A stretch of 64,000 nucleotides of DNA from positions 22,384,001 to 22,448,000 of the forward strand of contig CM119372.1 in assembly GCA_051294905.1 (NCBI GenBank), given 5' to 3'. Within the stretch, counting starts at the first letter, position 1; every line of letters starts with the position of its first letter. The DNA comes from Botryllus schlosseri. Lineage: Eukaryota. Below are positions 41,801-56,500 of the stretch, piece after piece. A program made the translations under genes and the position numbers. The notes below the pieces were generated by a model. That model had not been told where the DNA came from and did no database searches. It saw only the letters and a list, made by a program, of their open reading frames with translations.

Positions 41801-43293
41801 TGGTAAAAATTTTCAACGATAAAATAACGTCACGGATACGTCAGTATGAGGAAAACCCAAATCCTGGTGCTTCGAACGTAAACGCTCGAAACAGAGTGCT
41901 GGGACCGAATGCCATTTTCCGGATTTGAAGTCCACAGTGTTATCGAATTCAGCCTAATCAGATTTCTACACATATAGGCTATCTGATGACCATAAGCTAT
42001 TTCCGAACAGGGAAATTCTCCTCCGACGACGGAAAGAAGCTAAGGAGGCGAATTCTGCATCGTTCGGAATCAGCCAGGAACGATCATCTCACCCGCGCAG
42101 CGGTAATAATTTATGTTTTAGTTCGCCAGGTAAAAATATAAGAGAGATAATTTATCGGTTTCAACATAAGATACGCATACAAATATTCCCGGACGTTAAC
42201 AAAATCGCTGAACCCGTTATTGAGTTAGATGCCCAATCAGATTTAGATTAATTTAGTAAGTGAATTTACCACATCCGCTACAGTAGGCTACATATTGCTA
42301 TATCAACTCGTAGCATTATTTACAGGCATTGTATATTAGCAGCATATCGGTAAGCGAAACGTGTTATTTGTTGTGATCATTTGGTGGTGGACTATGCAAT
42401 CCGGCCCGTCATCGAGCATGTGATCACCGCGCCACAATGTCCAGCTTAATCCTCACCCTAAACCGAGCCGTTCCATTTCAGGTAATTACTCACACCACAA
42501 TTCTACGTTTTCCGAATTACGCAGTTCTTCCGCTCGACCCGCGACGGCGGAAGTAAAATCGACACAGCGCAAAGCGCGGCCCAAATCTGCAAACGTAAGC
42601 GGAATTTCCATAAGCGCCGATTTCGAAGTGAAACGCCGACCAAAGTCCGCCAACCCGTCTCAAACGCGCGGTCAGCCAGACAGTTCTCAACCCGAGCAGG
42701 GTTTCTTGAAAAAGTTTCTGGAAGAAGACGGGAAAAACAAGAAGAGAAATAGTAAAAATGTCTCCCGGGAGAATAAAATATCGTTGGTCGACGACGAGTC
42801 ATCGAAAAACGGAGACAGAGCCGACTACAATCGCTGGGTCCGTTCGTCTCCGCCGGGAACCAAAAAGAAGTCGAAGAAAACCAAAAAAGCAAAGCGCCTG
42901 CCCGCTCACAACCACGCGGACAACGAGCTCATATCCAGCCTCGCGAAGCGGCGGATAGACAACATACTGGCGAGCAAGAAACAGGTCGACACGGGCTTGA
43001 ACAAGCGGCCAAAATCCGGTACGAGCCGAAGTAAGTCGCCCGCGAGCGAGGCGGCGCACAGCAAATGGAAGTTGCGCGAGGACGATGTCGTGAAACCGAG
43101 CGTTTCGTTTGCTGGCGACGCGCGCATTAGCTCTAGCGACTCGTCTGGTAGCGCGGTGAGCAAGAGTGACGGGGAGAGACCGAAATTTGACTACAGGAAG
43201 AAATCGCCGGCCTCGCCGTCGCGACATCATCGTAACCCTGTCGTGCGAGACGCGATTAACAGTACCTTATCCGACGACAAGGCACGGAACTGA
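29838..43293 (+). CDS. Uncharacterised ~1259-aa Ser/Arg/Lys-rich, largely disordered protein with coiled-coil segments; possible ciliary or microtubule-associated protein
   Basis: Nine GT-AG exons with matching phases: 29838-29982, 31744-31986, 33510-34244, 37342-37449, 37578-37771, 39094-40335, 40910-41118, 42011-42102, 42482-43293 (3780 nt, one open frame ending TGA). Ordered blocks: WPKEPGFWWPYNEDC, LRKLITYHRRKLKNLLAQEYLQRHLELELKK, IYLDGKLFSLN, NPAVLNWLRHKD..YELWKKNKDREILLRRRKE. Confidence 0.8.
32743..32780. repeat. Tandem 8-mer (ATTCCAGT)~4.7
   Basis: attccagtattccagtattccagtattccagtattcca read directly. Confidence 0.9.
34587..35573 (+). mobile_element. Charlie/Buster-type hAT deletion derivative retaining the transposase C-terminal dimerisation region
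   Basis: TIRs CAGTGGTTCCCAACCT / AGGTTGGGAACCACTG; perfect TSD gcctaggc; encodes ..LILPSTWECEQGFSSLMTTKSKKRNRL..RIDQLV|ENKQMQPSH*, the Charlie-type hATC signature, interrupted by a nested MITE. Confidence 0.92.
34940..35245. mobile_element. hAT MITE nested in the transposase remnant
   Basis: Termini CAGTGTTTCTCCAAC / GTTGAAGAATCGCTG; perfect TSD agctagtg (34932-34939, 35246-35253); same family as 21297-21595, opposite orientation. Confidence 0.9.
36008..36297 (-). mobile_element. tRNA-derived SINE
   Basis: Minus strand: A box TAGCGCAATGG, B box GGTTCGAGTCC, ~200-nt body and (CAA)n tail; paralogue at 37853-38132. Confidence 0.88.
36734..37117. mobile_element. MITE with ~10-bp TSD (Mutator-like?)
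   Basis: TIRs TAGGGTTGCATTTAAAAC / GTTTTAAATGCAACCCTA; flanks tattgacact / taatgacact (9/10); inverted paralogue at ~45430-45762. Confidence 0.75.
37853..38132 (+). mobile_element. tRNA-derived SINE (same family as 36008-36297)
   Basis: A box TAGCGCAGTGG, B box GGTTCGAGTCC; shared body gaggtcga.tc.agaattcct..aagcccagaagtg..ggcctggtgtaaatgacca; a 3' fragment also lies at ~41638-41700. Confidence 0.88.
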
Positions 43294-46200
43294 CCCGGGG
43301 ATACGCTGCCTGTATCGATTTTAGGGTATAAACTGTAACTACACGGATGAAAATAGATGTATTCACCAGATTTCCACCATAGCGTAGTGTGAAATTAGAT
43401 CATCGACATTGCCATTCCCATTCCCACTGGTGTGGACGAGTTCAATACCGTACACCAATTCTTATAGATATATATCCCAGCGGGGGTACTACGACTCATT
43501 CTCTGGGACATATCTCCACAAAAGGGTTTATTTGAGTCTTTTCACCCACTGGAACGGGTGTGAAAGCAAAATTTTGCATTAGAGGGGTCCGTTTACCTAG
43601 GGTTACCATACGTCCTCCTTTTTGGCAATTCGTCCTCGCACACATCTTTTACAGGTAGGTTAACGGACAGAATTAACTGAAAATCGGTATAAATGACGTG
43701 AAATGGGTACCTAATACGGACGTTCGAGCGGGTTATTCGTGAGACAAATGAAAGTGATGACCTTTTTTAGTTAACACCACAAGATTTCCAGTAAACATTA
43801 CAAAATCAGTTGTTTTCAATTTCGGTCAACTAACTTTTATGATTTTGTAAAAGTGTCGTCCTTTCCCGATTACATAATCTGGTAACCCTGCACGCTACGG
43901 TGGAAATCGGCGACGCTCACGATTTTCGTCCACAGCGTAGGCCTACTATACATATACTGTGATATGCTAACGTAGAATTCAATCCTACGTGATACTATTT
44001 CATATAAATTGAGATTAGTTGTTCAATCCGTTTTCAAATTACACATATAACTATATATGCTCCGACCGTCTTATATTACCGCGCTTAGTAGAATGTGACG
44101 CTATTTCACAACTTACCTTTTATAATGTTTGACAGAGAAGTCGAATTTGATTTTGTATACTTTACGTTTCGATGTTAACGTTGAGTTTTCAAGGGATAAT
44201 ATAGTACGCGCTTAACGATGTGTTACTGTATATTCGTCACCAAAATACTCAAAGTGCAGGATATACCTATTACTTTGAGCGATCGTGAATTTGTCGTTGT
44301 TTTAGTAGATGATTCATGCTACGATCCTTTGCGAGGTCAAGTAAGAATCAATTACTTAGTTACGCGTATCTATGCACTGGTATATAGTTGTATTCGTGAT
44401 TCATGCAGGTAGCCTACTGCTTAAGCTCGAAGGAAACTGCAAGTGAAAGTTGTCATCATCAGCAAGCAGGTGAAAGCAGCGAACGAACGCCAATATTTTT
44501 GCAGTTCTGCCAGTGTCCGACTGTCTGTAAGTGGACGAAGACAGGTGCAATCATGGAGGTGTATCCAGAATGCAAATTCGGAGTGGGCACAAATTCTACA
44601 TAAAAGTGACGTCACACATGAACAGTGATGAAACAAATTGATCAGCAATCACAAGTCTCTAGTCCCAGAATTTTAGGGGTCCAAAGCGCACACATCCGAT
44701 AAATGTGTTCATATGGACAAATTTTCCTGCCGGATTTATCTTCATCGTAGATTTAATAGCTAATCTGCACATTTTACAAATTGTTAGAATGTTGTTGTAA
44801 CATCACTTAGAGCAGGGGTCGCCAACTCAAAACGGGTCGAGGGCCACTTTTCAAATCTTGTAGTGGCCGCGGGCCGCATGAATTCAATATCGGTATAGAG
44901 GCAACCACGTTTCAAAACTCAGTCAGTACAGCGCTGTGCTACCTAACATATAGGCGATGGGTATAGTGACCACAAAAGAAGTAATATTTCATTAAAGGAA
45001 TAAAAATACAACAAAGGATCACTCTCATCAATTTCATTTTATTTTGATTTCTGAGCTGTGGAGGATACCTGGAAACGCTTTTAAGGGCTAGCGAGATACG
45101 CTACTAGCTGAAAGACCACCTCCATGCAAAGCTTGATCGTATTAGGAAGCCCTAATCCATTGGTTCTGAAATCTTTTTAGAGATGCCCCCTTTATGATAC
45201 GAAAAAATTTCACGCCATCATGCATCCTGAATTCATCCGTAATGCTGGCGATCCCAACGGAAATTTTGATGACATTGAAGGTTATGAATGTTGATGAGAG
45301 AATTTTATAATATGAATTCCGGATTATACACAACTATGAATTCGAGGTAAATCGCGCCATGAGTGCGAAAAATTTTTCAGTTGACCGCAGCTCCGCGCCC
45401 GCTTTAGAGGCTTTCACACCAAAAGCACAGGCCTTTAAAAAATTGCGTTTTTTCAAGTAGTAAAATTATGCCATAATTGTGTAAATACTTTCCAAAAACC
45501 ATGTTGTATGAGCCTACGGACAATTACCACCCGATATAGCCGACGTATACGATATGGTGGAAACTCTCAAAATAGTCGGTTCAACAGTTTGAGTAGGCCT
45601 ACGAAGATATTTCGTCAAGTGAGCTATATTTACCATATATTTGCTGTTTTCAATGTCAATCCACTATGGCGTCACAATCGATATACTTGACGTCATGACT
45701 TAAAAAAATACAATAAAAATCATGTTTGTTCTGAATTGATTTTTGTTTTAAATGTAACCCTAAGCAGGGCCATTTTGAATAAAACCAGTTTTATTCGATT
45801 GCGTGGTGACCGCCGGTTATAAGATTGCCGAATGCGAACCCACGGTTGCATCCATGTGACTTGGAATCGCAGAAAATTTCGACGATACATAGTTTTTTAC
45901 ATCGGTATTAACCAAAGATGACAATGTTAGAATGCTCACTAAAAAATTAGTTGTTGAAGCAAGCTACACGGCCTACGACCCGATGTGTGGCTATTTCCCA
46001 GCGAAGCCTACTTCGGTATCCCGCTGCACTGCTACCCATTCTCATAAACAAGACACGCATTTCCAGAACGCAAACAATATATTTATAGTAAAGTGTGCAA
46101 CATAACAGCACAGCAAGTACGAGGAAGAATAACCAAAGTAACGAGACTACCTAAACGAAATTGAAAAGTACAGAAAAAACACCCACAATGGTTGCCCCGA

Positions 46201-47573
46201 CGTGAATCATTCGTGATAACATCCCAACCGGACTCGCATTCATAATATATCCAACCAAACGGACCACTCGCTCATTTGCGTTTGAACTTTTTTTTTCGTT
46301 TTTTTAAACTCAACTATCGACACGGAGATATCATTAAAATCGTCCTTTCAGTGATACGCTAAAAAAAAAGTAGATCGGATAAAATAGAAAGAACTGTGAG
46401 CAAAGCAGTAATGAAGTGGCAATATGGGATAATGCAACAATTTTTCTAAAGTTTCCCTTGGTAACAACAAGATAAATCTAATTAAGAACTGTATGTATAA
46501 AAATGAAGGTTATCAAAATCGCGCGCCATGGAATGATGAATTCAGGAATGTACCGAATAAGACTGGTCATTTCGAATCCAAAATCACACACGTAGATGAA
46601 AACCACGCCGACCAGACTATCCTGATCAAGTTTCCAACACTGGTCAAACACAAACATAAAATTCGCCGGCAAAATATCACGCCCGATATTAGATAATAAA
46701 TTATCAAATGCATAACCCGTCCGCCTAGTATCGAAGAATGTAAGTACAAGCAAAACATAAAACGACTGGCAAGAGAAACAGCACATACATAATTACCTGC
46801 GAGTCTACAAAGCGTATCACAAAAATTTTATTGCGATAAATCGATCCGGAACACATATAAGCTATAAAATTTTCCATATAAAATATATATTCTCTCTCTC
46901 AAAAATTTAAAGACTACACGATTGTTCACATGAAGACACGAGAGACAACTTTCGCAGACAGCGCAAGCAAGAATTTATCAAGAGTTGGAACCACTGTGAG
47001 CTGCCCGTTCATCCACCATACAGGAATATCGTAAGACTTAACAGTGCCAGTACATAATACATAAAACACGCTATCACATCCTCTGCTCAAAAGGTGATTC
47101 TCCCTGATCTTGTAGGTAACGGATAATGTTGAAAAACCGACGCTAAATCTCACAGTGAGACATTCTACCGAGCACGTCGTGTCAAAACTATGGAATGGTA
47201 ATGATGATAAATGACACGACACTGGTCATGAATACGGGCGCACAACATATAATTCACCGGGGCATTATAGAAACTATCTGCAGGAAGAACGGGTGTTGTA
47301 GGAGCAGACATTACCAACGTCAAGTATAAATAGGACATTCGCATACATATTTCGTAAAACATTGAAAACAATCACTCACTTGCGATATTATAGCAGCGTG
47401 CTCAAATAGAATTGCTAAAATACCATGAATGTCAAAGTGGACACGGGGAAACTGCTGTGCTCAAAATCGGAAAAAGAACAATTAAGAACTAATAAAAAAT
47501 CAAATATAAATCAAGCATTGGAACAGATAGACTCGTGAAGTCCGGTAAGACTGTGCCGAGTTGGATGTCACTT

Positions 47574-50500
47574 CTACTGGGCTGTTTTGGTCGCTAGCTC
47601 CTCGTACAACTCCATTACAGCCACCATGCTTGGCTGGCGGGCATTATCCTTTCTACAACCTGCATCCGCGTCTGCCGCTGCATTTTTCCCGCTCTCCGTG
47701 ATCGCGTTCATGGCCAAAGCGACCTCAAAATCCATGTCGCCTATCTTGTTGGCCGCGATCGTCACTTGCAAAGCGCACCAGACGGCCGTCCTCGATTTTC
47801 TCGTCGTCACGACCAGACGCTCCAGACTGTCTGCTAACGCTTTCGTGATGTCATCTACGGCAAATATACAGAGAACTGAGCTAAGCGAGGTACAGTGTTT
47901 GAATAGGAATAGGATATTGTATAATTTTGTCCTTGATGTTTTTGTGACACATACACATGCACAATCCGTCCCTATGCATACCATGAGACACGAGTGCATG
48001 ATGTGCATATGTCGGTGGACAAGGAAGGTGCAGAAATATCCTTGTAAGGCTTTCCAAGTCTTGCATCACCCCGCCTAGGCTATCGCTGTAATGCTGGGCG
48101 CCAAGCGGGGAGAAGTCATGGAAACTAGTGTTACTAATCAGGTCTTTGCGCTGACTAGGCCGGGGATTGAACCCACTGCCTACCGATCAAGAAGCCCGAT
48201 GCTCCACCATTACGCTATATATTTGAGGTTGGGCTAGAACAGTGATTCCCAAACGGTGGGGAATTACCCACTGGTGGGGAATACAATGGTTTTTGGTGGG
48301 GAATAGACCCATTTGTTGAACTCTATATACAGGACAGTCTACATATTTACGGAGACACATGCGCAACTACCGTTACCAGTTAACTGCTCTGGAATGTATA
48401 TATAGAAAATTTCATTGCGTGTTGGTGACAAAATCTCATTTTTTAAGTCCGGGTAACGTATCTTGGCGTCACAAACGCATCTAGCACGACCAGTATGACG
48501 TGAAATAACGCTTTTGCAAAATTTGGAGGGTTAGCAGTATCGGTTCACCATACGTTTTATGTTGCAGTTAGAGGCGATTGTATTGCGTACTGGTGTAGTT
48601 GTGTGTCTTGTGTACTCAAGCAAGGCAATATAGCTGCTCCGTAATCACAGAAATTTTGGGTAGTGGGGAATGAAGGCTCGGAGTAAATCTGAAGTGGTGA
48701 ATGAAGACAAAAAGGTTGGGAACCACTGGGCTAGAATGAGTGATTTCTAATCTCTCGGATAAAATACAGAGGTACTCAATGAAGTGAGCATTGCTACTAA
48801 AAGCATAAGTAACATCGTAAATTTCCACTTACTAACAAGTAGAAGTAGCAATTCCCACGACATGCTAAATTTACTTCAAATGGAAGTAGACAACGAAATG
48901 CCAACTAGAGTAAGTAGCTTCAAAAAGCAGATTTGCTCGCATGCTTTTAGCAGTTCGTCGGAGGTGGCTTCTTTCGAAATTGCAAGATTCAAGCTAACAA
49001 ATGTCGGGTATAGGCGGTAGCTACAGCAAGCGTAAAATCGGACTTACCATTATCGCCGTCCTGATGGGTGCTGGGCGAAGCAGGCGTCGCGTGTTTCGAG
49101 TTCATCTCGTCCCGACGCTTCGCCTCCACTTCCTTCAATGCCTGATAATGGCGTTCCAGGCAGCCGGCGATGTTTGCGTGCAGCGGGCCCTCGATCAGAT
49201 GTTCCATGCGATCGATGAGAGTCATCACCTAGGCGTCAAAGGAAGAACGAGTTTATCTTGCGGAAAAAAAGGCGTAAATACACGGGGAAGATCTCGCAGT
49301 AGTGACGGGTAAGGACACACGAAAAAATTACAGAATACGCGACGACAACCTCTTAGGCATAGATGATAGGAAGATTCAGTTGGAGGTTTGAAATCACAGG
49401 GCGCATTTTCATGACCGACGGTATATGTATAATGACTCTACAAAACAGGAGTAATTTTCGAAAATATGTTCAGTTGCCGCGATACACGGCAGTCTAAAAA
49501 CATTTTCACTTAACCAAGTAGTGCAAATAGGCAAAACCTCCTGAAGTACTTTAAAACGGTAGAAGAGCTTGGTTACTGGCCACCTCTGCAAGTAGTTGGC
49601 TAATTATGGTCATAACGCAAGCGCCGCACACCATATCGAGTGACAATCGCATTTCTGCAATTTGTACCGGGCCAGTTGAAATGTATTGGCAAGTCAACCC
49701 ACAGCAATGCCGACGTGCAACCTTTCATATCTCGCCGTCGAGAACAACGCCTGTCATTCGTCGAGGCAAACGCAAAGCAAAACGACAGCGAAATGACTTT
49801 CCTTACCCTGCTATGTTCCCTCAACTGGTCGACGATGAGTTTATCAGCTTTAGATGGATTGGCGGGCAAACGCGGCAGAGGCGTGTTGTTACAACCAGTC
49901 ACGCGGCGCCCGGGGAAATGCTGAGCCAGCTCAGACTCGGCCTGCGTTACATTATCGTATTCGTTAGCGTCCCACCACTACCTGTCTCAAGGATTCACGT
50001 ACCATTCTACGTTCTCTTTCCAACGCCTTCACTTGCTCGAAGCATTCGTCCATGCACAGGTAGAGTTTGTACCTGGGGACGTTCCTCTGCATTGTCAGCC
50101 ATTCCGCGTGCGATACGCTTTCTCCAGCTTAAAAAAAATGACTCGCTGCACCGAAAGTAGCATGGTCGCTAATAATCAAGAGTAGGGCTAGGCAAAATGA
50201 GTACATAAGAGAGTAGCTTTCGATTCCGAATCGAGTATTAGCCTGTAAGTCAAGTCGAGCAGCCTACCAGCTATCATGGCAGTATGAATGGTTTTGAAAA
50301 TTCTAATATACCGGTATGACTTTTATCCTGCCAGAAATAATACAATGCAAGTTATAATATATTGAAGATAATTTCGTATTTTTCGATCATATTAATTTCA
50401 TAGTGCTTTAATGACAACAGTGCCTTCGCTCGTGTGCTTGATAATTTGTCTGCCAGGCTTCCACGGCGAGAAGAACGTGTTGAAACTATCATTCTCGTTG

Positions 50501-53500
50501 ATACAATAAACTCGCAATGGCAAGGGACATATTATTGCAGTACTAAAAATATGTATTCTGTCACTTCTTGACTAGAATCCTTACAATTAATAATTATTAT
50601 TTGATTCGGATTCGAGTACTCGAGTCATTATGTCCGCCCCTGATCGCAAGGACACGGAAGAGTCCAAGTCGAAACATCCGCCCGTACCTTTAGCGCTGGG
50701 CGGCATGGGGCTGCCGACTTGATCCGCCGGCATCATAACCCATCCTTTCTCGGTCAGAAACGGCACGAAAGTACGCGGCAGAGGAGAATACGATAAAGAC
50801 GAGTTAGGCGAGCAGATCACCGGACGCGTCACGTTTATGTTGTGAGGCAGTTTCAAGCGCGGAAACGGAGAAAGCGTGTTTGCAAACGACACAGGATAAC
50901 CCGGGGCCGCAAAGCCGCCAGCGGTATTCTTTGATCCGGTGTTTGCCGGGTTCAACAGCAGCTGGACGTCGGAAGGTTCCTGTAAGTGAAGCCGACAACG
51001 CCATCGTTACCGTATGTCAGATCTTTTCGCAGGAGAACATTGTACCTGGGAGTGCATCCGAGTTTTCTTGGAGCCGCTTTGGTATCCGGCGTCTTGTTCG
51101 TCAGACTTTTCATTCTGCAATATCAAGCATTATGTCTTGGTAAGAATGCCTATTTTCGTCCAATTCGGCTGGCAAGATTATATCAATCAACTAAGAGTAG
51201 AATCTAAGATTAGATTCCGGATTGATCTCACGATTACAATATGCATCTTGTATAATGATAAATGGTTAATCGAGAAATTACAGGGCAGTATCAAAGTTGT
51301 GAGAGCAAAGCTGCTTAACCGATTGGCACCGGCTGCCATTTTCGAAAAATTTTACTTCATTTTTCAAAATCGAAAAATGGTACCTTCCTGGGATTCGAAC
51401 ACTGTAACCAAGGTATCGTTCGATTCAAAATTTCAACGCGCAGCCGATTGCGCCATTCAAATCGAAACCGACGCCGTGTCTGATTACTTATATGAAGAGC
51501 AAGCCGAGAAAACGTTGGTTGGGAACAGACACGCTAAATTGCGTACTTTATGAACCTTAGTATAGGTATTCGACGGCGATACAATCTGGTGTATTGTATA
51601 GGCACAGAATTCATCGTTCTAGAGAGCCCGAGTCGACGGTCTCCGTCTAGCAGGCGATAATTTTTAATCAAAACAATACCGACCATTTTAGTCAGCTCGC
51701 GGCAGGCCGCCGAGAGATGCGCACGTATGGTAACTTCTAAGGCTTATAACTCAAATTGTTGTGAACTTAAATCAGTCATTTTAGTATTCGTAGATGGATA
51801 TTATACAGTCCTTACCATAATGATATACTGCAAATGCTTATCATTACTACAACGTAAGATATATATCGATGTACGACAGCTCTTTGTATACCAAGACGCA
51901 CGCTTTTGGGTAGGTATAATCGCTGAGTAATATTGTATGTATTCCGAATTGTACTTGACCATTAGTCGTTATTTAGAATCATATAGGCAACAACAATTCA
52001 CAGACACAATCTATGAAGGTCTATGGCTATTAGAACACCATATATTTCACGTTATGTGACGGGTATTCAGCCATCTGCTTGAAGCTGGTACGGTAGTCTT
52101 ACGGAATTCGCTTCCCGATTTTCAAATGAAACCTTGAGCGGTATAGAACTAACTAGTATAGTTGCTTTGGCAAAATAAAAACAGAAGCTGACAATTGCTA
52201 TTCATAGCAACAAACTACAGCTGGTTATGACGAATAAAACCAAATAAACGACAGTGTATACGGCGGGTATGAGGAACGCGCGTGTCTGCGAAATGATGCT
52301 TCGGCGGATATTTTTGTCACGCGGCATATCACATAGCTTTTGATCAGCGTAACTATTATCAGATATCAAGATACGTGTGGACTTGTATGGACACTAGCTA
52401 TTCACATAATGAAACAACTATGCCCTAAGATGGCTAGAACGAAACATACAGAACGTTATCTGAGAGTGGTCAATGACGCGCGAATTGACAACACAGTGTA
52501 TTTTGCAACATATTTATCTGCGGTGTTTGATATACGATTTTGACGTCTTCGGTATAATAAATATCAAATAACAAGGTATCAATGAACTTGTACGAACAAT
52601 ATCTATTCACAGAAATGAACAGCAACGACCTAGCACTATTAATATGTAATATATCGTGGTTTCAATTACGGTACCCTTCTCTCGTACCGGCATGTCAAAA
52701 AATAGACACGCCGGTGCCAAACGATTAACCTGCTTTACATCGCCTAGGCCAAGGTGGGTGTCAGATTCCATAGACTGCTCCTTGTCGCTTCGACACCTTC
52801 CTGTCTTTTCATTGTATCGCATTTTTTGTGGTGTATTGAACTGATAAAATTGCTAATAAACCAATGATGATGATGCTGGCACCGGCGTGTTTCTCTGAAA
52901 AATTTTGCTTCACTTTTCAAGTTTGTAAAACATGACCTCAATGGGATCAAACCAACAAGTAATATATCGTTGGATTCAGAATGTCAACGCCTAACCAACC
53001 CCGCCACATGTCACAAGTCACATGCTGAAGTGGCGCATGCTAAAGTGTCCCATGCTCAACTGTTGCTTTCCATTGTGTCGCATGCTCATATGTCGGGCAA
53101 CCTTTGCAAACTCATATTGGTCGATTGCGAACCAGTTCCCAATTAATATACACATTGCATATGCAGGGCATGATATTTCATAGCAGCACGCAGCTATAAC
53201 AACATAATACCTCAGACGGAGAGCTCAACGTGCCTTGCGAAGAAATAGGTCTGAACGGTGGTGAAACCTCTCTACCGAATTTGTCTGTATCCAAAGACGC
53301 TGCAATACAAACAAGCTATTAAATCATTGGAAATCGTCTGTCACCTTTCTGATTAAGATAAGAAGGCGAGAACGGACAGTGTATAAAGAAAGGTCATCTA
53401 GCAATGTATTTATAGCGGCAGTGACGTAACCAGAAGGGTGTGTGCGAGGCATCCATCCACCCTTGAGATTTAATGCCTCAAATATAGATGGATAGATGAA

Positions 53501-56500
53501 TGGGCAAATCCTGAATCTTACCAGGGGAGAGGATGCCTGCTGCAGAATTACAGCTCGCGATTCCAGTATCGGTACTCGGAGTTGTCGGCTCACTCCATGG
53601 AGAATCCATGTGCTGAAAAAAATTGTATCAAGTTCAATTCACTATAGGTTCCTTACCTGACCACTACATAAAGACAGCTCAGTTGGTGTCGGCTGCAACT
53701 AATATTTCCTTCACTTTGACCCACATCTCATCCATTTTGCCAAACCTAGTTTACCTACTTACACGGAATAAAAATTTGGAATCCTGCTGCACTTTGGGTG
53801 GCTGAAAAGCGTGGCTACCGTCCAAGGTAGGAATGTGGTCTCCCACCGATGGTGATTGATTGTAAGCATTCATGTTGTTCATGCCTAGAGAAATCACATA
53901 TATAAGCATTTTTGTTGTTGTATTATATCGCTCTGTAGTTTGTATGACCTGGTTAACACTACTATGCACTCCTAAATAACGTTATATTATAAACATTGAT
54001 ACAAGAACAACATAATACCCATGGTACTGCAATGTTGGATAGCAAAATATAGCAACATAATGACATCTAATGAAAATGATTATTAAGATAAGCATCATAG
54101 TCTTCTGAACCTAAATAGAAGCGGATGGTCGAGCAAAAATAATAACCAACTGAAACATGCAACAAAATTATCATATTATATCTTGTTATATGGGTTTGGG
54201 TCATTTTGATTTGTTTAGCATTTGTTTAGCTACACGTACAATGATATCACAATTTTATATAACAATGATGTTCCTCAAATATTGCGACGGTCAAGCAGGC
54301 AAGTAATTTGGCAGAATTTGTGAATGAATTTCATGTTTGCAAGAATGCAGACCTGGATGAATCATCTTCTTTGGTGTGTTCAGTTGCTTTGACGGATCAA
54401 GGCTACGCAATTGAAGAATGTCAGGGCCTGGAAAATATGCAAATAAAAAAATCAATGTTACGGCACAATCATTAATGATTTGCTATGTATGATGTTGTTG
54501 GTGACAAAGTAACAAGAACCATATTTGCAAGTATACAAGTATCAGCAACGATACAATACTTGTGCTTGTGTCTAGCTCTAGACAGGGCATGTGACCCACT
54601 AAACCTAAATGACTTTAGCAATAGCAGATAAGATAAGAATACTTTGATTGGTCATGGCCCAGTTGATTTGCTGACATGGTGGTGGAGTTCCGTTCCCGAT
54701 GCCCAATTCACGAAATTTGGCTTGAATCATCTGTTCTTGCGCAATCGAACTAATAGAAAGAAATGGTTACTACACAAATGCACAGCTGCACAGTTAGCGG
54801 AGATTTACTTTTGCAGCGTGTTTTGCAAGACGTGACGTTGCTGGCTTGCCAATAACTGTTGCTGCACGGGAGTGTTGGGATGAAACTGCATTGGATAAGG
54901 AAGCTTGGTCTGATGTTGGCTCTGATGATGAATGTCTGCTAACGGATACGACAGTATGTTGCACGGAATATGGTTTCAATACGCATGAACATAGGGTAGA
55001 TTACATTAATACAGAAAATTTATTCCAAAGCAACACAATATTCCAACACTATCAACAGAAGTGTGCACTGTGCTGTATTTACTTCATGAAGTCCATTAAT
55101 AAACCAATCATTTTGGGAGAGAATTGCAATTGCAATATTGAGTTTACACTGCTTGAGAAGGTGGACAGATTAATCGCAATAAAATGGACGCGCAAATGTA
55201 AATATAAATGTCTGCTATTGTAGTCATACAAAGCTTTTCTATACCGACCTTGTTGCAATGGATACAATGCTCCAGGCGATCTCAAGTTGTTCTGAAGGAT
55301 TGCTTGTCTAAAATCATTGAATATTAAGATTAAAATAACATATCTCTACAATTCAGTAATGATGACAGACCATATTGAGCATCACAACTACGTAATTTCA
55401 TCAGATGTCAATTCCAACTTCAATTTTTATTTAGAAAACTTGGAGTTGGAGTTATAGGTCATTCTGCAGTAATTGAGTTTCACTTGGTGGTACGTACATA
55501 CCGATATCTCGTAAATTCCTCGGCCATAGAATCGGTCAACTTTGCATACTGCTGTACTCCTTCCGTTTGATCACCATTGGCTGCAGAAGGGGGTTGGATT
55601 TTTTTGTCATACACAAAATCTTGAAGACCATCTGTAACACACAAAAAGGAAACATCACGGTATCATAAAATCGTTTAAAAAATATGACACTGAGATCCAT
55701 GCACCAGGAGTTTCTAATCAGATTTACTTCAGTGTGTATTTTTTTTATAGAAACATTTCTTGATTCATTTTTGTTCATCAATGTGCACATTAGGATGGAG
55801 TGAAAAATGGAAAATTTTGAATTTCAAAACGGACACTTGATATGTGGTGCCAAATATCAAAAAGATAATTTCTATAATAATTTTGGGATCGTGCACCCTC
55901 TAGTGGTCGTGCAATTTCACCGAACGAGCCCAAAATAGCTAATTTCGCTATATATTGATGACCGCTTATGCTAGAAAGCTGATTTTGGGCTTAAAAGATG
56001 CGGAAGCAACAAGTTTCTAGCTCACTTCCACAGAACTTTGTCTTAAAAATGAACAGAAAAAAGTTACAAGCAAATTATTGATTTTTGGCTGTTTTTAGGT
56101 AAAATTAGGCACTGAAGCAGTGGATATGATGCCAAAAGTGTGTAGTGATTGATCCTATGACTGACAACTCCATATTGAAAGCACATAAATTGCAAATCCA
56201 TATTGAAAACACAAAAACACCGATTCTATATTGAAAAAAAAATATATTTTGAAGTTCGTTTCACTACCAGAGTATCAGTCTACATAAACTTTAAAATCTT
56301 GTTTCGTATTAAAGGATCTCATCTGCTTTCGAGACTTCAGTTTTTGTCTGATGAGGTCATCTCTACGTTTAAATCTCGACACATGGGCAGATGCTTCGGT
56401 CACCATTTTAACGTCTCTTTCCACTGCCTGGTTGTGCCAAGGATGATTGAGCCTTAATGGTGATGACCTTAGATTTTCCATCTCGAGATCTGATAAGTTT

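Noticed and set aside
42482..42524. 43-nt GT-AG intron
   Set aside because: Splicing to the acceptor at 42524/42525 from the phase-1 donor gives an early stop; treating 42481 as the acceptor keeps the frame open to 43293.
47587..51553. Plus-strand ORFs of 163, 184 and 179 aa
   Set aside because: Antisense shadows of MEIOC exons and introns.
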